DNA of 32,000 bases, from the NCBI GenBank assembly GCA_021735045.1, contig JAIPHU010000004.1:1-32000 (forward strand). Reading direction: 5' to 3'. This stretch comes from Candidatus Omnitrophota bacterium (GTDB lineage: Bacteria; Omnitrophota; Gorgyraeia; Duberdicusellales; 4484-171). Under the pieces are notes generated by a model. The model saw only the letters and a list, made by a program, of their open reading frames with translations, was not told where the DNA came from and did not search any database. Shown here piece by piece: positions 1 through 5,732 of the stretch. A program made the translations under genes and the position numbers. The stretch's first letter is position 1. Each line of letters starts with the position of its first letter.

Positions 1-245
1 CGAGAGGACCGGAACAGGAGAACCACTGGTGTACCAGTTATCCCGCCAGGGGTAATGGCTGGGTAGCTATGTTCTTTCTGGATAAGCGCTGAAGGCATCT
101 AAGCGCGAAGCCTATCCCAAAACTAGAAATCCCTTTCCGTTTTTTCGGGATGAAGGCAGGTTGGAGACTACGACCTTGATAGGGTGCAGGTGCAAGCATA
201 GTAATATGTTCAGCCGAGCACTACTAATATGCCAATCGGCTTGGT
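1..245 (+). rRNA. rrl: 23S rRNA, 3'-terminal fragment (gene continues upstream of the window)
   Basis: Conserved 23S domain VI / 3'-end motifs read directly: GAGAGGACCGG, GCTGAAGGCATCTAAG, TTGATAGG, CTACTAATA, in the same order as the E. coli 23S 3' end. The 3' boundary (~245) is set by analogy and is uncertain by about 10 nt. Confidence 0.9.
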
Positions 246-250
246 GCCCA

Positions 251-400
251 ACTTTATTTAGTTAATAGTCCATAGTCCGTAGACCAAAGAGTGTCTATGG
301 ACTCTGGCTGTTAGCAATTGACTTTTATTTAGTTAATAGTTCACAGTCTGTAGATTAAAGAATATTTATGGACTACCGACTATTGACTATCGACTTTATT
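251..400. repeat. Tandem ~70-bp repeat in the 23S-5S spacer (unit 1 251-320, unit 2 321-392, partial third start 393-400)
   Basis: Both units begin ACTT(T)TATTTAGTTAATAGT and align over their full length at roughly three quarters identity by eye. Each unit holds ATAGTCN-type heptamer triplets (265-285, 336-356) and an inverted partner (291-302; 371-391 on the minus strand), so each can fold as a hairpin. Confidence 0.75.
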
Positions 401-404
401 ATTT

Positions 405-522
405 GTCCGGTGACCATACTGAAGGGGCCACACCCGTTCCCATTCCGAATACGGCCGTTAAGCTCTTCAAGGCCGATGGTACTGCCTTGGCGACGAGGTG
501 GGAGAGTAGGTAGTTGCCGGAC
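405..522 (+). rRNA. rrf: 5S rRNA
   Basis: GTCCGGTGACCATAC...CACCCGTTCCCATTCCGAATACGG..GTTAAGCTCTTCA..GCCGATGGTACTG...GGGAGAGTAGGT..TTGCCGGAC. Helix I termini pair (GTCCGG / CCGGAC) and the sequence is close to the B. subtilis 5S consensus. A T-run follows. Confidence 0.93.
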
Positions 523-548
523 TTTTTTTATTTTCTGGCCTTTAATCC

Positions 549-576
549 TTGCCCTTTTTTATATTTTTGTTATATT
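549..576 (+). promoter_or_regulatory. Candidate sigma70-type promoter with extended -10 (TTGCCC-N16-TATATT, with TGt directly upstream of the -10)
   Basis: -35 TTGCCC at 549-554, TG at 568-569, -10 TATATT at 571-576. It lies between the 5S gene and the next CDS. Confidence 0.4.
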
Positions 577-612
577 ATAGCTAATAATAATAAAGCAAAA
601 GGGGGTATTAGT

Positions 613-927
613 ATGGATAAAAAAGATTTAGGTAAAACTTCAATTGGCATGCAGCCGAACGTTGCGGGATTGCTTTGCTATCTTGCTGGTTGGGTTACTG
701 GATTTATTTTTTTCTTAATTGAAAAAGAAAATAAATTTGTTCGTTTTCATGCAATGCAGGCAATTATTCTTTCTGTGGCATTGATCATTTTAATGTTTAT
801 TCCTTTTGTTAATTTAATTGCTGCTTTAGTAGGTTTTGTGCTTTGGATCGTGATGATGGTTACAGCTTTTCAAGGAAAAAAAGTGAAAATACCTTTTGCT
901 GCGAATATCGCTGAAAAAAACGCATAA
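613..927 (+). CDS. Small integral membrane protein, DUF4870-like
   Basis: ATG at 613 is preceded by AAAGGGGG (597-604). The upstream part of ORF 514-927 overlaps the 5S terminator region. About three hydrophobic helices plus the FVRFHAMQA motif I associate with DUF4870 proteins. Confidence 0.72.
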   Translation: MDKKDLGKTSIGMQPNVAGLLCYLAGWVTGFIFFLIEKENKFVRFHAMQAIILSVALIILMFIPFVNLIAALVGFVLWIVMMVTAFQGKKVKIPFAANIAEKNA

Positions 928-937
928 GTTTAAGTAA

Positions 938-1010
938 GGGCCATTAGCTCAATCGGCAGAGCAGGGGCCTCTTAAGCCCAAGGTTGAAGGTTCGATTCCT
1001 TCATGGCCCA
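938..1010 (+). tRNA. tRNA-Lys (anticodon CTT)
   Basis: Manual cloverleaf: acceptor GGGCCAT/ATGGCCC, D stem GCTC/GAGC, anticodon stem GGGGC/GCCCA with loop CTCTTAA, T arm GAAGG-TTCGATT-CCTTC, discriminator A. 73 nt, no encoded CCA. Confidence 0.93.
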
Positions 1011-1109
1011 TGATATATTTTGTTTTAAAAATATGGTTGCAAATATAAAAACTTGGTTGAGATAAAAAAGTAATCGGAACAAATAGAATTATTTTTAGGA
1101 AGTAGTTAG

Positions 1110-1134
1110 CTTCGCCTGCGGCGAAGATTTGTTT
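1110..1134 (+). terminator. Candidate intrinsic terminator downstream of tRNA-Lys
   Basis: GC-rich 7-bp hairpin CTTCGCC-tgc-GGCGAAG (1110-1126) followed by ATTTGTTT. It is the only GC-rich element in an otherwise AT-rich spacer. Confidence 0.35.
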
Positions 1135-1153
1135 CGATTCCTTCATGGCCCAT
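1133..1153 (+). repeat. Exact 21-nt direct repeat of the tRNA-Lys 3' end (T-loop to discriminator +1)
   Basis: TTCGATTCCTTCATGGCCCAT at 991-1011 is identical to 1133-1153. Confidence 0.95.
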
Positions 1154-1172
1154 AATAAACAAAAACAATTAA

Positions 1173-2444
1173 ATGCTTGATATTAAGTTTGTACGCGAAA
1201 ATCCTCAAATTGTAAAAGAATCTCTCCGAAAAAGAAACTCTAATTTTGACTTGGATGATTTTCTAAAAATTGATCAAGCCAGAAGAAGCCTTTTGACTAA
1301 AATTGAAAGTCTGGCTGCAGAACAGAATAGAATAAGTAACAAGATTAAAGAGTTGATTAAAGACAAAAAAGACCCTCAAGAGACCATTAATAACAGTAAA
1401 AAACTAAAAGCAGAAATCGAATTGTTAAGAAATGAATTTAAAAATATTGATCAAGCCTGGATTGAAAAAAGTCTTCAAATTCCAAATATTCCAGATTCTT
1501 CTTTGCCCAAAGGGGATGCATCCGCAAACAAGGTTTTAAAAGAGGTAGGCAGAACTCCTAAATTTAAATTTGAACCTAAAGATCATCTTCAAATAGCTAA
1601 AAATTTGGACATAATTGATTTTAAACGCGCAACAAAGATTACCGGCTCTAATTTTGTTTGTTTTAAAGGGTTTGGTTCAAGGCTGGTGCGGGCATTAATC
1701 AATTTTATGTTGGATTTGCATACCGAAAGAAATGGTTATCAAGAAATTTGGCCACCAAAAATTGTCAATCAAGATTCAATGCAAACAACCGGCCAGTTAC
1801 CTAATTTAAAAGAAGATATGTACAGATTAGAAGATACTGATTTTTGGCTGATTCCTACCGCCGAAGTACCGGTTACTAATCTTTGTTCTAATGAGCTCTT
1901 AGAAGAAAAAGATTTACCTATTTCTTATGCAGCATATACACCTTGTTTCAGAAAGGAAGCCGGTTCTTATGGAAAAGATACTAAAGGCTTAATGAGAGTT
2001 CATGAGTTTGATAAGGTTGAACTAGTTAAAATTACAAAACCAAACCAATCATATAAAGCCTTAGATACAATAGTAGCTAATGCTTGCCAAGTCCTAGATT
2101 TACTTAAACTACCCTACCGTGTTTTGCTTTTATCAACTGAAGATATTAGTTTTGCATCAGCTAAATGCTATGATATTGAGCTTTTTGCGCCAGGTTTAGA
2201 TAAATGGCTTGAAGTTTCAAGTTGTTCTAATTTTGAAACCTTTCAAGCAAGACGAGGGAATATAAAGTATAAAGACTCTGAAACTAAGAAAAATCAATAT
2301 GTACATACTTTAAATGGTTCCGGAGTTGCTCTGGCTAGATTAATTGCGGCAATTTTAGAAAATTATCAACAAAAAGATGGTTCTGTGATCATCCCTAAAG
2401 TTTTGAGGTCTTATTTAAGTGGAAGAAAGAGAATTAAAAAATAA
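1173..2444 (+). CDS. serS: Seryl-tRNA synthetase
   Basis: 423 aa. N-terminal coiled-coil arm followed by a class II core (TAEVP, FRKEAGS, RVHEFDKVE, GSGVALAR). No Shine-Dalgarno sequence is visible upstream. Confidence 0.95.
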   Translation: MLDIKFVRENPQIVKESLRKRNSNFDLDDFLKIDQARRSLLTKIESLAAEQNRISNKIKELIKDKKDPQETINNSKKLKAEIELLRNEFKNIDQAWIEKSLQIPNIPDSSLPKGDASANKVLKEVGRTPKFKFEPKDHLQIAKNLDIIDFKRATKITGSNFVCFKGFGSRLVRALINFMLDLHTERNGYQEIWPPKIVNQDSMQTTGQLPNLKEDMYRLEDTDFWLIPTAEVPVTNLCSNELLEEKDLPISYAAYTPCFRKEAGSYGKDTKGLMRVHEFDKVELVKITKPNQSYKALDTIVANACQVLDLLKLPYRVLLLSTEDISFASAKCYDIELFAPGLDKWLEVSSCSNFETFQARRGNIKYKDSETKKNQYVHTLNGSGVALARLIAAILENYQQKDGSVIIPKVLRSYLSGRKRIKK

Positions 2445-3006
2445 TTATGTCTTTACATTAGTTAAGTTTTTTCTTTTTTTAATAATTTTTTGCTTTTTGG
2501 CAAAATTCATTCATTATTTTATAAAAGAAATTCACAGTGTAGCAGGTTTAGATTTTAATACATTTATAGGTGCAATAGTTGCTGTTTTTGCTTTTTATCT
2601 ATTCTTAACCGATTTAAATGGATTCTATAAAAAAATACAAAGATTTTTTTTTCGGTCAAAGTTTTTTTCCTGTTTATTTCCGTCAATTTTGATCATTCTT
2701 GCTTTAAGTTATTTTTTTATTCCGAAAATATTTAATATTTCCTTTGATAAAAATCTTTTTGTTTTTTTGGGGAGTTCTTCTTTGTTTATCCATTTAATTT
2801 ATGTGGCAAGAGCTACCAAAGGAAATTCATTTAATACTTTAGTTAACTATCTTTTTATCTTTAGTATACTCATCGTTTTGAATCTAATCTTTTTTGGCCT
2901 TTATCTAAAGATTAATTTTAATTTTGAGCTAGGCAAGGTTTTGCTTGACGGGGTACAGGCAGGTACAGCCTTAATTAGAGATGTTTTTGTTAAAGGGTTT
3001 AAATAG
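2419..3006 (+). CDS. Hypothetical polytopic membrane protein
   Basis: 195-aa ORF with about 5-6 hydrophobic segments and no recognisable motif. The start overlaps serS by 26 nt and is uncertain. Confidence 0.55.
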   Translation: MEERELKNNYVFTLVKFFLFLIIFCFLAKFIHYFIKEIHSVAGLDFNTFIGAIVAVFAFYLFLTDLNGFYKKIQRFFFRSKFFSCLFPSILIILALSYFFIPKIFNISFDKNLFVFLGSSSLFIHLIYVARATKGNSFNTLVNYLFIFSILIVLNLIFFGLYLKINFNFELGKVLLDGVQAGTALIRDVFVKGFK

Positions 3007-3070
3007 TATTGGAATTATTGATTAATCTTGTCCTTGTGTTATAATTTTTAAGCTATAGAAATATTAATAA

Positions 3071-3127
3071 GATCTCTCACCCGCTACGTGGGTTCGAGAT
3101 CCGAAAAATTATTTCATAATTTTTCGG
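3071..3127 (+). other. Two adjacent stem-loops directly upstream of tRNA-Ser, overlapping its 5' end
   Basis: H1 3071-3101: GATCTC/GAGATC outer stem plus ACCCGC/GTGGGT inner stem. H2 3101-3127: perfect 12-bp CCGAAAAATTAT-ttc-ATAATTTTTCGG, whose last two G residues are tRNA nt 1-2. Confidence 0.6.
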
Positions 3128-3214
3128 AGAGGTGGCAGAGTCCGGTTGAATGCGGCGGTCTTGAAAACCGTTGTGGGGTTAAACCCACCGGGGGTTCGAA
3201 TCCCTCCCTCTCCG
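3126..3214 (+). tRNA. tRNA-Ser (anticodon TGA), long variable arm
   Basis: Acceptor GGAGAGG/CCTCTCC, anticodon stem GCGGT/ACCGT with loop CTTGAAA, variable arm TGTGGGGTTAAACCCACC, T arm GGGGG-TTCGAAT-CCCTC, discriminator G. 89 nt, no CCA directly after it. Confidence 0.92.
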
Positions 3215-3286
3215 TTAAAAATTTTCTAATTTTTAACGGAGAAGTCTCACCGTCGAAACATTATTTCGACGGTGGACTCTCCGCCA
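3210..3286 (+). other. Structured tRNA-Ser trailer: two stem-loops, then a second copy of the acceptor 3' strand plus CCA
   Basis: H3 3210-3241: perfect 14-bp CTCCGTTAAAAATT-ttct-AATTTTTAACGGAG, which uses the last 5 nt of the tRNA. H4 3244-3277: 11-bp perfect core CACCGTCGAAA/TTTCGACGGTG, extended by 3 bp across a bulge. CTCTCCG at 3277-3283 repeats 3208-3214 and is followed by CCA at 3284-3286. Confidence 0.6.
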
Positions 3287-3329
3287 AAAATTAATTAATA
3301 AGTCAGAATTATTAAAAGAGAGGTTAAAA

Positions 3330-4748
3330 ATGAATAAATGTCACAAAAAAACAAAAGAAATTACCGAAATTATTTTAAAAGCAAAAAAGAAAGCAACTTC
3401 TGAGGTTGACACAAAAGCTGAATCAGAATTTGTAAAAAACATTAAATGGCCGGTAGATTGTGTTGTTGGGCCTGGCCTAGAAGGTGCGATTGCCTGTGAA
3501 AGCAAGGTAGGATATGTAAATGGTTCAAAGGGTTGGCTTGTTTATAGGGGGTACGATATCTTTGAACTTTGTGCTCATTCCAGCTTTGAAGAAGTATCTT
3601 ACCTTCTTCTTTACGGAAAATTACCTAGTGAAAATCAATTTAATAAATTTAAGGAAAAATTAATAGATTATCGGAATATCCCAAAAACTATCCGACTTTT
3701 ATCTAGTTTCCCGGTTCAAGAGATGAATGCGATGGGGGCGTTACGTTTGGGAACAAATTTGATGCGGCAAGAATGCACATTTGTTGACCGCGAAGAATAC
3801 AAACCAGGGGTAAAAACAACAATTAGTGCGGATGAAGATTCCATACCTATGGAAACTAGGCCTATGGGTGAAAGAAAAGCTATTTATTCTTTAAAAAGAG
3901 CCGAAGGCATTAAAAAACCCAGCGGTTTAAGTAAAGATCTGCATATGCCAGTAGGTTTTGAATCAGCCCTTCATCTTATCTCAGGAATTCCTACAATTGC
4001 GGGGGCTGTAGCCCGTTTAAGGGCTGGAGAGTTACCGCTTAATCCTGATCCAGAGCTTAGCCATGCTGCTAATTTAATTTATATGTTAACCGGCCGTAGG
4101 CCTAGTGCAATAGAGGAAAGAATCATGGATATAGCACTAATTCTTCATGCAGATCATGGAATGAATGCATCTACTTTTGCCACGATGGTTGTGGCATCTA
4201 CATTGTCTGACCTATATTTTGCAATTGGTTCTGGGGTTGCTGCCCTTAACGGGTCTTTGCACGGAGGGGCTAACGAGCGTGTAATAAATATGCTGGCGGA
4301 AATTGGAAGTTCAGATAATGTTAAAAAATGGTATAAGAAAAAAAGAGAAAAAAAAGAAAAAATTAGTGGTTTTGGCCATCGGGTTTATAAGGCATATGAT
4401 CCCCGAGCAAGAGTTTTAGGGCCTTTAGCTAATTTTTTAGTTAAATCGAAAAACGACTCAAAGATTAAGGATCTATTAAAAACTGCTAAAAACCTAGAAG
4501 GTGAGGTAGTCGCGAGCTTGGGTAAGGAAAAAAAGATCTTCCCTAACGTTGATTTTTATTCCGGCATTGTTTACTCTTGTCTAGATATACCAACTGAGCT
4601 TTTTACACCAATATTTGCGGTCAGTCGTGCTTCGGGTTGGACCGCAAGAGTTTTAGAATATCTTAAGAATAATCGCATTTTCCGACCCAGAGCTGTTTAT
4701 TCTGGGCCTTTAGATGAAAAATATACACCAATTAGTAAACGTAAATAA
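3330..4748 (+). CDS. gltA: Citrate synthase (long form, 472 aa)
   Basis: Motifs LILHADHGMNAST, SLHGGANE, GFGHRVYKAYDPRA and NVDFYSG (catalytic His/His/Asp context). RBS AGAGAGG lies upstream. Compared with the ~370-380-aa forms I remember, it has extra N-terminal and internal segments. Confidence 0.9.
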   Translation: MNKCHKKTKEITEIILKAKKKATSEVDTKAESEFVKNIKWPVDCVVGPGLEGAIACESKVGYVNGSKGWLVYRGYDIFELCAHSSFEEVSYLLLYGKLPSENQFNKFKEKLIDYRNIPKTIRLLSSFPVQEMNAMGALRLGTNLMRQECTFVDREEYKPGVKTTISADEDSIPMETRPMGERKAIYSLKRAEGIKKPSGLSKDLHMPVGFESALHLISGIPTIAGAVARLRAGELPLNPDPELSHAANLIYMLTGRRPSAIEERIMDIALILHADHGMNASTFATMVVASTLSDLYFAIGSGVAALNGSLHGGANERVINMLAEIGSSDNVKKWYKKKREKKEKISGFGHRVYKAYDPRARVLGPLANFLVKSKNDSKIKDLLKTAKNLEGEVVASLGKEKKIFPNVDFYSGIVYSCLDIPTELFTPIFAVSRASGWTARVLEYLKNNRIFRPRAVYSGPLDEKYTPISKRK

Positions 4749-4752
4749 TTTC

Positions 4753-4781
4753 TTGACTAACATTTAGGAAAAACTTATAAT
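4753..4781 (+). promoter_or_regulatory. Near-consensus sigma70 promoter (TTGACT-N17-TATAAT)
   Basis: -35 TTGACT at 4753-4758, 17-nt spacer, -10 TATAAT at 4776-4781. It sits about 65 nt upstream of the ATG at 4847. Confidence 0.6.
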
Positions 4782-4846
4782 TAAAAAAATCATCAAAATA
4801 AAGAGATAATATAGCCACGGTTAATATAGAGATACAGGGAGGCATA

Positions 4847-5032
4847 ATGGTTGAAAAAAGTTTTAAGGTTATTTCTAATTCAGAGACTCATCTTACTGCG
4901 GAACTAATTTCTGAGGCCCTTCTAAATTACTTTACTCTAGATCCAACAAAATCTGATGTAGTTTTTGGAGTAGTTGAAGAAAAAGCCGAAACTAAAAAAA
5001 GACAAGCTGAGAAGATAAGCCTAGAAATATAA
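4847..5032 (+). CDS. Small hypothetical protein (61 aa)
   Basis: Strong RBS AGGGAGG 5 nt upstream of the ATG, and a consensus promoter upstream. No recognisable domain. Confidence 0.55.
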   Translation: MVEKSFKVISNSETHLTAELISEALLNYFTLDPTKSDVVFGVVEEKAETKKRQAEKISLEI

Positions 5033-5063
5033 AAGGGGATATTGAGGCAGAAGGAAAAATGAA

Positions 5064-5492
5064 ATGAAACGAATAACTCTGATCTCTATTGTTTGCTTAC
5101 TGTTGTTTTCAATGGGTCTAGGAGCTCAAACAATTACCGACTCAGATTACTTAAAAAATACACTCAACTTAATTGCTGATAAAACTTTAAAGGCTTATAA
5201 TCATCAAGATTACATAGCTTTTTTTAACTATTACTCCAATTCATTAGCCCAGTTTAAAAATAAAAACTATTTTGATAATTTGTTTGTTGCAGTGTATAAA
5301 GATAATTTTGGTGATATTGTCTCTAAAAAAATTCTTTCCGAGAAGAGCTCCCTAGATCCAGATTACCCCAGACTCGTTTACAGAGCAATTTGCACAAAGT
5401 GTAAGAATGTTTTAATCACCGTAAATTTTCAAAAAGAGTCTAATACCTATCGCATTAAACGGATAACTTTTGACCGTATACCACAAATATAA
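5064..5492 (+). CDS. Hypothetical secreted protein (142 aa)
   Basis: N-terminal signal peptide MKRITLISIVCLLLFSMGLGA|Q, with no lipobox. GAAGGAAAAA lies upstream. No recognisable domain. Confidence 0.62.
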   Translation: MKRITLISIVCLLLFSMGLGAQTITDSDYLKNTLNLIADKTLKAYNHQDYIAFFNYYSNSLAQFKNKNYFDNLFVAVYKDNFGDIVSKKILSEKSSLDPDYPRLVYRAICTKCKNVLITVNFQKESNTYRIKRITFDRIPQI

Positions 5493-5515
5493 GTTTATTA
5501 GTAGTTTATTAGGTT

Positions 5516-5589
5516 GCGCCCGTAGATCAATTGGATAGATCGTTTGGCTACGGACCAGAAGGTTGCAGGTTCGACTCCTGCCGGGCGCA
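5516..5589 (+). tRNA. tRNA-Arg (anticodon ACG)
   Basis: Acceptor GCGCCCG/CGGGCGC, D stem GATC/GATC, anticodon stem TTTGG/CCAGA with loop CTACGGA, T arm GCAGG-TTCGACT-CCTGC, discriminator A. 74 nt, no CCA directly after it. Confidence 0.93.
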
Positions 5590-5591
5590 TT

Positions 5592-5684
5592 GTTCGACTC
5601 TTCCGACGCTTTGATTTTGAAAAAAATCAAAGGTCGGAATCCCGACCGAAACGAAGTGGAGCGTCGGGACTGCCGGGCGCACCA
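5592..5684 (+). repeat. Second copy of tRNA-Arg nt 53-73 split by a 69-nt structured insert, followed by encoded CCA
   Basis: GTTCGACTC at 5592-5600 repeats 5569-5577 (nt 53-61). CTGCCGGGCGCA at 5670-5681 repeats 5578-5589 (nt 62-73). CCA is at 5682-5684. The insert at 5601-5669 is closed by a 9-bp stem formed by its own first and last 9 nt. Confidence 0.9.
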
Positions 5685-5693
5685 ATAAAGTCG

Positions 5694-5721
5694 ATAGTCT
5701 ATAGTCCATAGTCAATAGTTT
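5694..5721 (+). repeat. Four tandem ATAGTCN heptamers directly upstream of the flavodoxin-like gene RBS
   Basis: ATAGTCT ATAGTCC ATAGTCA ATAGTTT at 5694-5721, then AAGGAGG at 5722-5728 and ATG at 5733. The same heptamer type occurs in the 23S-5S spacer. Confidence 0.8.
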
Positions 5722-5732
5722 AAGGAGGTTTT

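Noticed and set aside
368-580. 70-aa ORF in the track covering the 23S-5S spacer and the 5S gene
   Set aside because: It lies directly over the 5S rRNA on the same strand, with Pro/Arg-rich composition and no RBS. It is an artefact of translating an RNA gene.
949-1146. 65-aa minus-strand ORF
   Set aside because: It is antisense to tRNA-Lys and its trailer. Its C-terminus GIEPSTLGLRGPCS is just the reverse-translated tRNA.
3089-3102. GTGGGTTCGAGATCC resembles a tRNA T-arm, so a possible tRNA pseudogene fragment upstream of tRNA-Ser
   Set aside because: The 3' side (TCCGA) cannot pair with GTGGG to form a T stem, and no other tRNA arms are adjacent. The segment is better explained as the 3' half of hairpin 3071-3101.
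3088-3294. 68-aa plus-strand ORF
   Set aside because: It coincides with tRNA-Ser and its flanking hairpins. It is a translated tRNA, not a gene.
5412-5630. 72-aa minus-strand ORF
   Set aside because: It is antisense to tRNA-Arg and to the 3' end of the 5064-5492 CDS, with no RBS.
3252-5653. CGAAAC and GTGGA motifs shared by the tRNA-Ser and tRNA-Arg trailers, considered as possible hammerhead-like ribozyme cores
   Set aside because: No CUGAUGA box or correctly placed cleavage triplet is present in either trailer. The shared motifs are only 5-6 nt long and sit at different distances from the repeat junction.
265-5713. Exact 13-mer ATAGTCCATAGTC shared by the rRNA spacer and the flavodoxin upstream region, considered as evidence of a dispersed mobile repeat
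   Set aside because: A single shared 13-mer between two sites in 32 kb of AT-rich DNA is not significant by itself, and it is internally repetitive. Only the heptamer-array organisation is reported, with modest interest.
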